From assembly GCF_018350175.1 (NCBI RefSeq), contig NC_058369.1, positions 152,582,001-152,646,000 of the forward strand: a stretch of DNA of 64,000 bases. Reading direction: 5' to 3'. Origin of the DNA: Felis catus (Eukaryota). The translations under genes were made by a program, and so were the position numbers. Shown one piece after another: positions 51,082 through 64,000 of the stretch (position 1 is the stretch's first letter; each line of letters begins with the position of its first letter). The notes beneath the pieces were generated by a model. It did no database searches. It was given only the letters and a program-made list of their open reading frames with translations, and was not told the origin of the DNA.

Positions 51082-51384
51082 CTACAGACATTTCGGGGGC
51101 CAGAAGAGATATGAGAAAGACAGGTAAGTTACAAAGACAACCTGAGAGAAGGAAGCTTTAAAAAGCAAATGATATAGTTTGATTTTTCTTTAAAATATGT
51201 ACGATTTAATCTGGTAGTCAAGAAACAGACCACTTATCTCAAACCGTTTCAAAATGGTGAGTCCCTAAAGGGAGAAGGACCATTTTGTTTATGCTGTCAT
51301 ATAAGCAAAACTGGACCCACTCATCTGTATGTTTAACTTGAGATCTACCTTCAAATTTAGAACAGTTTAAAATCTGGGGAGGTT

Positions 51385-51610
51385 TACAATATAGGCATTG
51401 GAGACAATACAAGACTTACAATCAGACTGAATTTCAATTTTGGTCACACTCGCTACATAATCTTGATTAAATTATTTAACCTCACCGAGATTTATTTACC
51501 TGATTTTCAAAATGGAGATAATGCCTACCTCACAAGACTGTTTACAGATTAAACTAAAATGCATATAAAGCCCTTAATATGGTCTATGTAAGCACTAATT
51601 AAATGGTTAC
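51385..51610 (+). mobile_element. MIR
   Basis: ttatttaacctc...aaaatggagataatgcctacctcac core. Confidence 0.65.
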
Positions 51611-54186
51611 CCTCCATAACACCATCTTAGAAATTAGTAGCATTTTCCTAACGATCCCCATATTCTCTGTAATGAAACATTATGAAAACATAATTATGCA
51701 TGGTCCTAGTACTTATTATAAGTTCGGGCAGAAAATAGATACTTATATACTAGAATCATATTCCCATTTAATCTTTTTCTAAGATAAATAATACTTTAGG
51801 TTTGGTCTTGCAACTGTTTAGAATAATTACCCAAAACCTGGAAATGGCAAAAAGAAACTTGCATATCCTCACAAAGTCCTACTAAGGTGGCATTTTACAG
51901 GCCTAAGAACTTTATAACTGTAGGCTAACTGGAATATTTCTGTCCTGTGGATACACAAAGGTCGAGAATAGAAGATTATGTTAAAGGTTATGGTTTTATT
52001 CCCCCATACGGCCATAAACTGATTTTATCTCACATTTAGAAAAATTGTTTTGGAATAAACTACATAATCCTTTCCCTCTACTTCTCCAATAAGTGAACTC
52101 TATCATCTTGCTGGATGCGAGGAGCTAAATAAATTTGAGCTAAGCTCTTCGTCAAAGAGCTAAATAAATTTGACATGCATTCATTCTACATTTGTATGAG
52201 TCCTATTTTATTTTTTTAATAGTACGTTAACAGTATATGTAGTGCACACTACATATAAAACACAAAACTGAAATAAGATGAATGAGCTGGAACAAGCTAA
52301 GCAACTGAAATAAGATGAATGAGCTGGAACAAGGTAAGTTAGACTGGATGCCTGCTCCCAAGGAGCTTACAAGGAACAAGGAGAGAGACAATCACTGCTT
52401 TCCATGTGCTGATTTCTGAGCAAAGTTCTCTTATTATTAAACTTCAAAATGACTCTGTAAGGTAGGTAGAAGTCTCATCTCCATGTAATAGATAAGGAGG
52501 CCAAAACTTGGTAATATCATACCCTTACTATGGTAATATCATACCATTTATGTAGTACAGATCGCATTCAAAATTAGGTATGCTAAACCCCAAGGCTGAC
52601 CTCTTAGCCACTCTGGGACGGAGAGCCTTTCAGTAAAGACCCAAACCCCGTTCCGGATAGGGCCTGACCATGCTGAAGACAGAGGCATATACTTTTGGAA
52701 TCTCTGGAATGCTGGAGAAACTTTAGAAATTGCTGAAACCAATTCAGTTAATTTGCAGATTTATTAACTGAGGTGCAAAGAGGTCAAGCAATTTGCTCAA
52801 GACTAGATAATTAGGAGTGTCAATGTCATGATCGTATCAGGTCTCTTGACTCCATCTAAAATCCTTTCGCTACCACAGTATTCCTTCCAGGATGTAAAAC
52901 GTGACCGTCCATCAAGAAGCTTGAAATTGTGTTTACCTTCTAGAAAGGCATACCCCCGTGTTCACCCAATATGATGAACTAAAAATCCAGATCTAAAGAA
53001 GTGTCCAAAAATCCCTCCACTCCCTGGGCAATTCCCTCCCAGACAACTTCTTAGATTCTGACCTAACACTTTCTTTGTTGTCTTACAGACAGTACAAACA
53101 AAGCTTGCTATTGAAGTGTGAGGGGAAAAAGAGTCAGAAGCTAAAATAGATCTGATGACTATGCTAGATACCGTTCTTGCTTAGCTACCTGTGCACAAAC
53201 TACACACAGTAGAAGCAGATCCCTCTAGTAAACTACAAGACATGAAAACTCAGAAATCCCAACAATCAGGGTCACTGATTGCAGATGCAAATAGCCCTGA
53301 GAACTAGAGACTCAGAAATGCAATGGAACTCTAGAAATTCGAACTCAACATCCCATACAAAGAAGGCAATCTCTTTACAACTTTTCTAAGAGATGATCAC
53401 TCTGTCTCCCCCTTATGAACTGTACTCACAAATCTGTCTACTTTCTTTCAGGTAGATTTAAATTGGAAATTCGTTTCTTATGCATAGTTGAAACAGGTCT
53501 CTCTTTTCTTGGTAAGGATAATGTCATGTGTTCACATTTCCAATACCCAATGCACTCCAGACACAACGATAGGAAAAATAAATCCTCAGGGACCAGAAGC
53601 AAAGCAAACACAAAATGGCAAGCAGATGAAGCCTGGAGTTTGGCTTCTGTCTGGTAACAGGGAGTAGAAGTTCACCCCTCCTGACAGGGGGCCATGTATA
53701 AATAAGGGTCCCTCTTGGCCAGCGGGAGAGAGGCTGGAAAAGAATGTGAGAACCCCTGCCTGAGGCCACAGCCCAAAGACAGGGGAGACCCCTTGCGGCT
53801 GGAGGGAGAAAGCCTCCAGCAGTGGGCTCACCTTCCCCCTGGCTTGCTGATGTACCTCAAACATCCAACACCTCCTCAGGATGGGTGCCTTAGTCATCTA
53901 AGGAAAACCCACTCGAGTCTCAGAGTGCTGGAGACCATGCAAAGGACTAGGAAGGGATAGTGATAGGATGCAGAGAAAGAAAAGGGAAAGACCAAACACA
54001 ACAAAATAACTTCCTCTGAAGAGGACCCTGCAAAGAAAAATTCTAAATCGCAGGAAGAACACTAATACCAAGATGGACGGGAAGAGGAAGGATCAGTCCA
54101 CAGTGTGTGAAATACAAATACTTTTCAAATAAGTGAAATGAGTGTCCTGTAATTTCCATGAATTGATGGGGTATCTTCTTAAAGAA

Positions 54187-54334
54187 TTTTTTTAATGTTT
54201 ATTTATTTTGAGAGAGAGAGAGAGAGAGAGAAACCCCAAGCAAGCCCAGCACTGGCAGCCCAGAGCCTGACACAGGACTTGATCTCATGAACCATGAGTT
54301 GGACACTGAACTGACTGAGCTACCCAGGTGCCCC
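54187..54334 (-). mobile_element. CanSINE with internal deletions
   Basis: TSD TGATGGGGTATCTTCT. Confidence 0.9.
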
Positions 54335-54605
54335 TGATGGGGTATCTTCTAATCTTTAATCGGTATAACAGCCTTCATCCAAATCTTCTTAAGCTGTTGC
54401 TGTTTTCTCAAAAAAAGTTGCCAAGAATCCACGCCATACTGTGATACAGTTCCTCAGAATGGCAGGAGCCCTCAGGTCCCCTGGATTTCTCACCATCTCC
54501 TTTTCTCTCACACTTGCCCTAACAGAAGAGGAAAATGTATAACTGATTTGAATTAAAGGATTTCGCCCTTTCTTATTCAATGATTTAAGAACTGCATAAA
54601 TGTAA

Positions 54606-54764
54606 GAGTGCCTCGGTGGCTCAGTTGATTAAGCGTCCAACTTTGGCTCAGGTCATGATCTCACAGTTCATGAGTTCGAGCCCCACATCAGGCTTGCTGC
54701 TGTCAGCACAGAGGCTGTTTCAGATCCTCTGCCCTGTCTCTCTCTGCCCTTCCCTGGCTCGCGT

Positions 54765-54809
<45 letters not shown>

Positions 54810-54822
54810 ATTAAATAAACAT
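54606..54822 (+). mobile_element. CanSINE with a long (CT)n
   Basis: Head, body and about 20 CT units. Confidence 0.92.
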
Positions 54823-55575
54823 GATTTAAAAAGCGGGATGGGCAGCTACTTATCTCCCTTGATCAAGAATTGCATAAATACATTCTACTTTCTTTTTCCA
54901 ATAGCCAAATATTTTCTTCTGAATACAACCAGGTAGGTTTAGTAACCCATTATTACCTAACCTTAGGGTCATCAAATGTCACCTGCCTTTCATAACCAAG
55001 ATGTGTCATGAAGTTCTCTTAAGTGCCACCAGTAGGCTAGTAGTTCTTTTAGCAGAGGAGGGTCTGGATCTTTTCTCATAGTCCTCAATAGCGTTTCTCA
55101 TCCAAGAGCTACATTACTCAATAGCAGCTTCCCCAAAAGGCAACAGAACATAGGGTGTAGGGAGACAGAGTTCAGTGAACCCCGCTCCATCATACGTGGG
55201 CTGGGTGAGTTTAAGCAAGTGACCCTGTCACTCCAAGTTCTCTCATCTGTCTCTCAAGCCTGTTAGGGGTATGTTATCAGTTAAACACCATGTAGACATT
55301 TCTTAGCTTGGCAAATAGGAGATGCTTAATTAACATTAGCTGCTGTGATCAGGCTTTATTTTTCTTCCTCTTCACTTCCTCCATGAAGGTCCAGTTTCCT
55401 AGAAGCAAAATGCCCTCTTCCTTTTTCTCCACTTAACGCTGAACCTCAAGTTCACAAATCAATCCCACCTTTGACTGCCATCAGTCACAAAGTCTTTCAC
55501 ACACTATCAAACACAGAAAAGCCAAGCTGTACTGAAGCAGAGAGGTGCTACAAAAGAGGAAGGGATGGGAGAGAG

Positions 55576-55607
<32 letters not shown>

Positions 55608-56416
55608 TAAACAAATACAATAGCAGGAGACAGAAAAGACCTTGAGTAATAATCTGTATCTGTCCTTATAAAAGCAGAACTATACAAAGGATCTTCAGGC
55701 CCAAAGCTGTTCTTGGGGCCTCTCGCTTACCAGCAACCTGTTCCTTCTGGAAGTCCAGGCTTCAGGTTCTTAGCAGGGATTATGTTTGCTAGGCTATCAC
55801 ATTTCCCCCAAATCATCTCCACCAGCTCATCCAGCACTCCTTCAGTTATATTTAATTAATTGCAAAACAGCACTTGGCACATTTTCCACCACAGCTGAAG
55901 AAAACTATCCAGATTGGGTGAAATCATTTCTGAGTTCGCAAGGTTCTTTCCTGCCTTTGTGTTAGGAGGAGCAGGGCTGAGGGATCTGAAACAGCACGGT
56001 CCTGGGCTCTGTCCCTGAGCAGCCCCACAGTACTGTCCCCACAGCTGGCCAATGCCACCCCTGTCCACGCTATGCTTTAGCTGTCACTGCATGTGTCCCC
56101 AGTGCACTGCGAGCAATATTTTCACTCTGCAAGGTACTAACATCAGAGGCGGCTGAGGGGTGGCAAGAACAGCGAATTGACATTTCTTTCGAACAGACCC
56201 AATACACGTAGTTCCTTATATGCTGGCAAAAAGCGAAGGATGTGCATGTTGAGAAATCAAAAGAAGTAGAACATTTCTGAACTGAAAGATCATCAAGATG
56301 GCATTTAACGACTGGATGTCCCTTTCTAGTATGTACATTAGGACTCTTCTGATGTTTCCATTTATATTTGTACTTAAGAGTTTTTAGGTCATCATGTGTT
56401 AAAAAGAACTGTTTAA

Positions 56417-56662
56417 GGGGCACCTGGGTGTCACAGTTGGTTGACCGTCTGACTTTGATCTCAGCTCAGGTCATGATCTCATAGTTCATGGGTTTGAGCC
56501 CCTTCTCGGGCTCTGCTCTGATGGTACAGAGTCTGCTTGGGATTCTGACTCTCCTTCTCTGTGTCCCTCTCCCACTTGTGTGCACACACATGCTCTCTCG
56601 CTCTCTTTTTCTCTCAAATAAATGAATTAACATACATTTTTTAAATAAAAATATATGAAAAT
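56417..56662 (+). mobile_element. CanSINE
   Basis: TSD ACTGTTTAA. Confidence 0.9.
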
Positions 56663-57399
56663 CACTGTTTAAAATCAGCCCTAAAGAAATCAAGACAGAA
56701 GGTGAGAGAAATGGGTGGGGGAGGGATATAGCTAGGCTAGCACTTCGGGAGAAAAGGGGTTTGGGATGATGTGCTTGGCACTATCACTTAAAGGGAAACA
56801 GTACTTTCTTCCCTGCTGTGGCTGCACAAAGTCCAGCAAGGAGGTGCCTTCTGTTTAGGGTGTATCCTCATCTAGGGAAGCCAACTGATCAAGAAATAAG
56901 CACGAAGGAGCTGGCTACAGAGGTTAGCCTCCGGAAAGAGGGCAACGTGGTTAAAGGTGGACCTGCTGTTCCAGCCCCGTTATCGAGGTCAGGGGCCAGA
57001 TAGGTAGGGACCACGCTGCACCGTAAGGAGCCATAAGGAGGGGAGGGCACGGGCGCCTCTAGGCTCTTGGTCCACATGCCCTTCACTATTCGAGCAAAAC
57101 GACAGCTATGGGGAGCTGGACAGGTAGAGATGTGCCCAAGGAAGGGAAGAAATACAAATTTACTGCATAACCCAAGAGGAGCTGGTTTACAAACATGAGG
57201 TCTGAGATCATTCTTGAGCTAGGGGAGTTCTCCTAGGGCCTTGAGAAGATGTGACAACCGTGTGACAGCCTTAGGATCATGCTAACCAGTTACAAAGAGA
57301 TCACACCTGTACCGTCCCCTGCAGCATCCACTGGCCACATGCGGCGACTGGGCACAAGAATGTGCCTAATACAAACCAGAGGGGCTCTGAGTCAAAACA

Positions 57400-57610
57400 G
57401 ATGCTGGATTTTGGAGACAGCACAAATAGAATATAAAATAATCTCGTGAGTGGTTCTTCTACGACTGCATGTTGAAGTGATAATATTTTGGAGATACTAG
57501 CTTAAATAAAATGTAGTATAAAATTAATTTCACCTGCTTCTGACTTTAAGTACCTTCTAGAAAACTTAAAAATGTGGCTTCTATTGTAGTTCTCTTGAAC
57601 AGCCATGGTC
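57400..57610. mobile_element. MER3-like hAT-Charlie fragment
   Basis: catgttgaagtgataatattttgga...aaattaatttcacctg. Confidence 0.65.
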
Positions 57611-57843
57611 TATACTATTGTAATGCTACAGCTATGAAGACACTTAGGGATGCAAATGTATCCCCTTGCAGATTTAGAAGGTCTCAAAGGAGGGTAAGGA
57701 ACCTGCTGAAAGTGACGGAAATATAGGCACCCAACGGGGTCTTCTGCCTTCAAGTGGAATGCAGGAAGATGGGCTATTGAAAAGTGCAAGGAGGTAGAGC
57801 AACACAAAACGAGTACTGAAGCCTAAGAACTTGTTTCCAAACT

Positions 57844-58060
57844 GGGGCGCCTGGGTGGCTCAGCTGGTTGAGTGTCCGACTTTGGCTCAGGTCATGATCT
57901 CGGGGTTCATGAGTTCGAGCCCTGCATTGGGCTCTGTGCTGACAGCTCAGATCCTGGAGCCTGCTTCAGATTCTGTGTCTCCCTCTCTGCCCCTCCCCTG
58001 TTCGTGCTCTGTCTCTCAAAACTAAATAAACGTTAAAAAAAAATTTTTTAATAAAAAAAG
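57844..58060 (+). mobile_element. CanSINE
   Basis: TSD GTTTCCAAA. Confidence 0.92.
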
Positions 58061-59874
58061 GAAATGGTTTCCAAATCAATGCAAGACATCTATACGTTAA
58101 ATAATATTTCGTGCACAAACTGATGCAGTTAAGGGTTAATACATCCCCTTCCTAATCAGTCAAAAGAAATTCCCTTCCTGATTCTCCCTGGAACCTTGTC
58201 ACTGCACTGACAGAATTCTGACGGCTTATGGTGATAGATATGCTCACTGAGTAAAGGCTGAGTGCCTTAAGTCAAATGTATACCTGACACTCTCAGGAAC
58301 CATTCTTCACTTGCCTAAAGCCAGCAATCTTTCTTCATAAATCCATGAGGAGGCCTTGTCTTTATATATAAACTCTGCCCCCACTCAAAATTTAAAGTTT
58401 CATATTCTAAACTAATAAAATTAAAAGTATCAATCACTGACCTAGAAAAAATATTTCAAATTCCATGCATCTTTCACAAAACATCCATTTTGGCCAAGTA
58501 AAGCAAACTAAAACTTGGGTCTTGCGTAAGGTACAAGATACACAAAGTTTTGATCCTGAGTGATTAAAGTACAGAGGTTACTACTGAGAAAATAATTAAC
58601 ACAAAAGCATGCACCAGTTCTAAGGTAAATCGGCTACTTTCCCTTTGGGCATTAAAGTAATTTACCAGCTCTAAGGTAACTCTACTATTTTCCTTGGGGC
58701 GTGCCTGTTGCAAGGGACCGAGGGTAAACATCTAGTGCATTTGTGAGTGATGTGGAAGGATGCGAAAAACGAAGTCAGGAACATAGATGTGGTCCCTAGG
58801 AGGAAAACCTACCTGGAAAATAAAAGTAGTATCTAGCCTTGTGAAGTACCTATTAATTATGGCGTATTTAAAGAAAGGACGCTAGGAAAGACAGGCTAAG
58901 TAGGAGAACCAGACAGTCTTCATGTCAAAAGGTGTTATTAATGGCACAAGGGCGTATTCACAGATATTCAACACTGTAATCGGGCCTGGTCTTCAGGATC
59001 CATTAGCAATCTCCCAAGTCTCATTTGCTCATCATTCTGGTTTTGTCCCAGATAAGCTTCTTGAAAACCACTAGTTACACCCTAGTCTCCAAAATCAATG
59101 ATAATTCTGCAGTCTCTCCTCCAGGATATAACCACTGCCTCCTTCTTTGAAACTCCTTTGTGTTGTTTTTTTTTTTATTTGGTTTTTTTCTTGACAGAAT
59201 AAACTACGGGTGGTCTTTTCTATGGCTATTTTTTCCATTTTCCTTTTGAACTTTGGCCCGGACTCCCTAACTGCAGTTCTTTCACAAATGTCTGGACTTG
59301 GCTCTCTTGTCCTTGTCCTTTAGGCTTGAAAACCCCAGGTTTCCAAATACTTCTCTAGTTGCAGGGAATGCCTCAAACCATACAACCTAGAATGTCCTTC
59401 CTACACAAACCCGCTGAGTAGAGCAAAAGGACAAGAAAGGAGAAGCAAGAGCAAGCTGCCACGAGGCTCGGTGATGATGGGAGAAGTTTGGAAGGCGTGG
59501 TGCTCAATCAATGGTGAAGCTCAAGATGTAGAGATGGAATAGGAAGGGGATGTGGATTTGAGGTCATGGACACGTAGGTTAAGAAAGGATAAGAACTATG
59601 AATTCAGGATAGCAACTGGTCTGCTGCTGTCACTGAGATTTAGAGAGGGAGAAAAGATGGGCGCAAATACTGAAGTCCTATAGGAAGACAAGGAGATTCT
59701 AAAACAAGGAAGAGCACTATAGTAAAGGGTCACAATAAGTTTATACTTTAATTAAGATAACTATCTGGGGACAGCTGAGCTAGGAATGTGTGTGCATGTA
59801 CGTTAAACATAATATATATTTATCGTACCTATAAAAGACACACTGAGCTAAGAAGAACACGATGCGTGTGTAAG

Positions 59875-60052
59875 TGATATGTAATAAATTAAATAAATGT
59901 ATATATGTATATAAATACACACTATATATGTATCTAATGTATATTATATCAGACACATCAATTAATGTGTATTATCATATATATGATGTGATATATATAT
60001 ATATGCATATATATATGTATATATATATGCATATATGTATACACATATATGT
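59875..60052. repeat. (TA/TG)n low-complexity tract
   Basis: Read directly; a similar AT-rich tract lies at 17370-17520. Confidence 0.85.
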
Positions 60053-61217
60053 TATCTCCTCAGAGGATTTGTTTGGATATAATTCTACTAAAAAAGGTTG
60101 GGAAATTTTCACAGTAGCCCATCCCTAAGTATATCTCCCTAGAACACAAAAAATGCTTGAAATTTAATTGGTATTGTGGCAGAAAAAAATTCCCTGGTCA
60201 AATAATTTTGGACAACGCTGGGTTAAACAAAGTGAAATAGGTTTGGCTTCTCAGCTATAAGACCTTACATTGAATTTTATAAGCTAATAATGTGTATTGT
60301 GAATCTTAACAAACAGTAAACACTGTTTTCCCAACTGCAAAATGTTTTCTTCTCCATGGAGTAACTTAAGGGACTGGTGGAAACACTGTTCTATTTTTTT
60401 CCCCAGTTGCATTTACTGGTGCATAATACGTATCCAATGCTACATTAAGTGCTCACTTGCTACCAGAAAGAGAAGATTTTGTTGCTACCTTTGAGAATAA
60501 AACATTCTAATTAGGGAGATTAGAGAAAAATCAAAGAGAGTTCATAATAAAATCCTAGATCCTGGGAGAGCAGACTCCAAATACAGAAGAAAAAGACACT
60601 GGACAGCAGCATCTAAATGTCATGGTTCTCAATTCTTTGCCTTTGCTAAATATACCAACGTAAGTAGAGGGCAAATGGAGAGACAGATGAGGCAAAGAGA
60701 GGAAAATGTGACAATATTAAACTTCAGCCCAATTCCATCTTTTCTTCAAAAATGAATACAAAGGATACCAATCAATGATCTTTAAGGCAAACCAATGTCA
60801 GCATTTTAAGTTCTATTTCCACTTGTAAAAGAATGAAGACAATAATTTTGTCCATATACTTCTCCTTAATTGCGACCAATTAAGAACAAATTAAATAAGG
60901 GTTTTTTTTTAAAGAATTTAGTCATCTATAACCTTCATTCTAATAATACGACCACATCCTTACCTTGTGGAATAGGAAACGATATAGTCAAACTGAGGGA
61001 GTAAAACATAATTTAGTAAGACCAAGTATGAATCCATGAGAACAATAATCAAGTCTGCTATAACCCTTTATGGGCTATGCTTCACATGACAGAGACCTAT
61101 GTTTTAGGGGACTGGAAAGAGGTGAGGTGGGAATAAATAAGGAGAACTGTCATAGGGAAAACAAAAGAAAGATGGAAGAAATAAAGGAGACAACTGGATT
61201 CTATTTCAAGGACCTAC

Positions 61218-61278
61218 CGTTCCATCCCCGCCACAGGCCAGAATTCGTAGATTTGGTACCTTCCTATATAACTCAAGC
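61218..61278 (-). CDS. DGKI: DGKI coding exon, 61 nt, (A)[20 protein letters not shown]; ATP-binding GGDG motif
   Basis: Acceptor ctctacag|G, donor ACG|gtaggt; phase 2 to 0. Confidence 0.97.
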
Positions 61279-62514
61279 CTGTAGAGGAGATAGAAGACAA
61301 ATTAAACATGAGCACATCACTGGCCATCACAGAGAGAAAACCCAGGGCACAAGAGGGCTCTGGGATATCCACTGGAGAAAATGTATAATCAATGTAATGT
61401 CGTCAAAACTAGTTACCAAGTCATCACGAGGGAAGAGACCCCAACAACTGCATCAGAGGTTGGCAGCAAAAGTCAATTTTTAAATGGCTGACATTGGAAT
61501 GGGATTTCAGGATGTCCCAGGGTTTCGTTTCCCACAATTGCTATTAATGCATCAACTCACGTCGTTTCCCTAGTTAGTTTCGACTTCCTTTTCTTTTCCC
61601 ATCATACCCTTCCCTCCTTTCTCAAAGGAAATCATCATGAATCAATAGTCAATGCTGATTGTATGTCTCCTCCTCATACTTTATAAGCTTTTCCTGGATT
61701 GTTTTTTTTTTTTTTTTTTGAAACAAACAAAAAGTAGAAACCTTCTTGAAACCTACTTTCTACGCTTAATCCCAATAAACCTTTTCAGAGAGACAGGGTG
61801 CTGGGAGGATACCTACTAGTAACACGACCACACCTACAATCCCAGCTCTCTCTCTTCAGAGAGAGAACCAAATTTATACTCCTCGGGCCAAAGAGGGAAG
61901 ACTTACTGACTTCTCTTTATTTAAAATTTGTCTGCTTAAAGTTAGATCATTTTTCATGTTGGCTCTTGAGAAAATACAATTAGACCCCCGCCCCATCCCC
62001 CGGCTAAAACATTTGCTTAAGCAAAGCGATTAAACGCCTCTGTTCTAGAAGACATCACCTTGTAAATCTTTGTTTTGTTTTGTTTTGTTTTTTCTGAAAA
62101 TATCTCCTATCTGGTCACATTCTTCATGATGATCTATGAAGTCTCTACCTAAAGTGTAACCAAAGTGGTAAGATTTTATGATTTTGCCCTTCTGACAGGG
62201 CAGACGCCAAGGTAACAGATATGCCTGAGTCCATCCAAATACAGAAAAAAATACAGAAGTTTTATAGCGAACTCTAGTGGCAAAGAAGTTCACAGATTAA
62301 AAGAATGACAGGAGAAATTAATTTTTATATGTAATATTCTCCTGAATGCTTCAAATATACAACTTTTCCATTTTACACACGAATATTATTTCTCTAGAAA
62401 TTATCTGAGTTGATGTTTCTTTGCCTCTGATATTGCTACTTATTCAAAAATAATTAGTATCCCTTAAGTTCTAATGTTTCCCAGATGACATCCAAACTAT
62501 CTTAATACATGGGG

Positions 62515-62738
62515 TTTTTTTTCATTTTTTTTAATGTTTATTTGAGAGAGAGAGCACGAGCGCGTGCGCGCGCGCGCAAGTGAGGGAGGGGCAGAAAGGG
62601 AGACACAGAATCTGAAGCAGGTTCCAGGCTCTGAGCTGTCAGCACAGAGCCCATCATGGGCCTTGAACTCATGAACCGCGAGATCATGACCTGAGCTGAA
62701 GTCGGGACGCTTAACTGACTAAGCCACCCAGGAACCCC
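62515..62738 (-). mobile_element. CanSINE with a (CG)n tract
   Basis: TSD AATACATGGG. Confidence 0.92.
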
Positions 62739-63439
62739 AATACATGGGTTTTGAAAAGGGAATCAGACAGTAGCAGAAACAGCCCTGCTCTTTCCCATCA
62801 TGTACCCCATCACCATCACCAAAGGGAAGATACAGGATACCTGTTACCTATGGCTAAACTTTATTTTCAATGTTTCTAACAAAAATAGAATGAAATTTCT
62901 GAGAAGTTTGGAAAAGGGATTGAGCGGGAATTACAATGTCTTCCCACTCTGGTGTGGAATCAATAGGCATAATCAAGTAATCTGTCTCAAATAGACACTG
63001 ATGCACATGCACAACCTGTAATTTACATACACGAACATACTCATAAACAAATATGGCCACCCTCCAAAGATATACTTACATTCTTACTAACGTACATCGC
63101 TAAAGTTGTAGGTGCATACATAGAAAAAGGACAAATCTTTTCTCAATGCGGATCTGTAAATAATCTCCAGGTGCATGTACATAAGCAGCAAACACACTAG
63201 AAGTACGCCCTGAGTTGACAACAAAGTAGCTGGTTTTGAAGGGAATTAGCACAATGAAGAGTAGGGGGAGAAACGTCAGATGAAGTTTTAAGGGAGGGGA
63301 ATACAGGTGAGAAAATAAATGAGGGATGGTCAGAAAATATTTCACAAGGCAATCTAATAATGAAGCTTGACTCCACAGCAGAAGTCCTTCTCACTTGCCC
63401 AAAGCAGTATGGATCATGGGGGATTATTTCCAGACTTAC

Positions 63440-63522
63440 GCATCTTTTGGCCCTTCCTGAGATAGATCAAAGACCTGTCGTGGATTCAGGTACCACATGA
63501 ACATCTGCAGGACTTTGGTTCC
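63440..63522 (-). CDS. DGKI: DGKI coding exon, 83 nt, [27 protein letters not shown](A); DAGKc domain
   Basis: Acceptor tcttacag|GGA, donor GC|gtaagt; phase 0 to 2. Confidence 0.96.
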
Positions 63523-63629
63523 CTGTAAGAAAAAAAAGAAAAAAAAAGACAATAGGCAGAAACTTCCAAATATGAGCTGATCATTTAAAAAATAAAGATT
63601 TAAAAATAAGTAAATAAATAAATAAAAAT

Positions 63630-63869
63630 GGGGGCACCTAGGTGGCTCAGTTGGTTAAGAGTCCGACTTTGGCTCAAGTCATGATCTCACAGTTTGTGAG
63701 TTCGATCTCCTCATTGGGCTCTGTGCTAACAGCTCAGGGCCTGGAGCCTGCATTGGATTGTGTGTCTCCCTCTCTTTCTGCCCTCCTCCACTCATGCTCT
63801 GTCTCTCTCCTCCCAAAAATAAATAAACATTAAAATGAATATTTTTAGTAAATTAAAAAAATAAAAATA
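63630..63869 (+). mobile_element. CanSINE
   Basis: Head, body and A tail. Confidence 0.92.
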
Positions 63870-63937
63870 AGTCCTCTTATCTAAAATACCACCTAATCAT
63901 AAACAGTATAAAGTAGTAGTTAAAATCAGGGGCTTTA

Positions 63938-64000
63938 GGGGCGCCTGGGTGGCTCAGTCGGTTGCGTGCCGACTTTGACTCAGGTCATGGTCTCACAGCT
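63938..64000 (+). mobile_element. CanSINE head, cut by the window edge
   Basis: GGGGCGCCTGGGTGGCTCAGTCGGTT. Confidence 0.88.

Larger units (their letters stand above)
1..64000 (-). other. DGKI: Internal part of the DGKI gene; 5' exons lie beyond 64000 and 3' exons below 1
   Basis: Ten spliced exons translate continuously from [28 protein letters not shown] to [11 protein letters not shown]. This matches the type IV DGK-iota catalytic region as I recall it, rather than DGK-zeta. Confidence 0.95.

Noticed and set aside
52122-52545. Repeat-spacer-repeat pattern as a CRISPR-like array
   Set aside because: There are three different two-copy repeats in a mammalian intron, with no cas genes.
1056-64000. 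tRNA-like A/B boxes as tRNA genes
   Set aside because: All belong to tRNA-derived CanSINE heads followed by SINE bodies and tails.

Overview
Mammalian genomic DNA, felid by its cat-type CanSINEs (SINEC_Fc-like) and carnivore L1s, from a draft assembly with six N-gaps. The whole window lies inside one minus-strand gene, diacylglycerol kinase iota (DGKI). I reconstructed ten consecutive coding exons by hand (63440-63522 down to 16810-17009; 980 nt). All have GT-AG boundaries and compatible phases, and they encode most of the DAGKc catalytic and DAGKa accessory domains (GGDGT and LPLGTGNDL motifs). An eleventh, 63-nt frame-preserving cassette exon (11230-11292, IHQVPAADLRRVSAPPGSFT) is not recovered in this frame by the ORF track. 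It has a 220-nt AG-exclusion zone, neural splicing-factor motifs and a small CpG-rich patch, and a consensus CTCF site lies 3.6 kb upstream. The rest is intron: about 25 CanSINEs, nested L1s, L2/MIR/MER/MaLR relics, microsatellites and short local duplications. I found no convincing new gene system. The 11.0-11.7 kb cassette-exon module is the most interesting signal.
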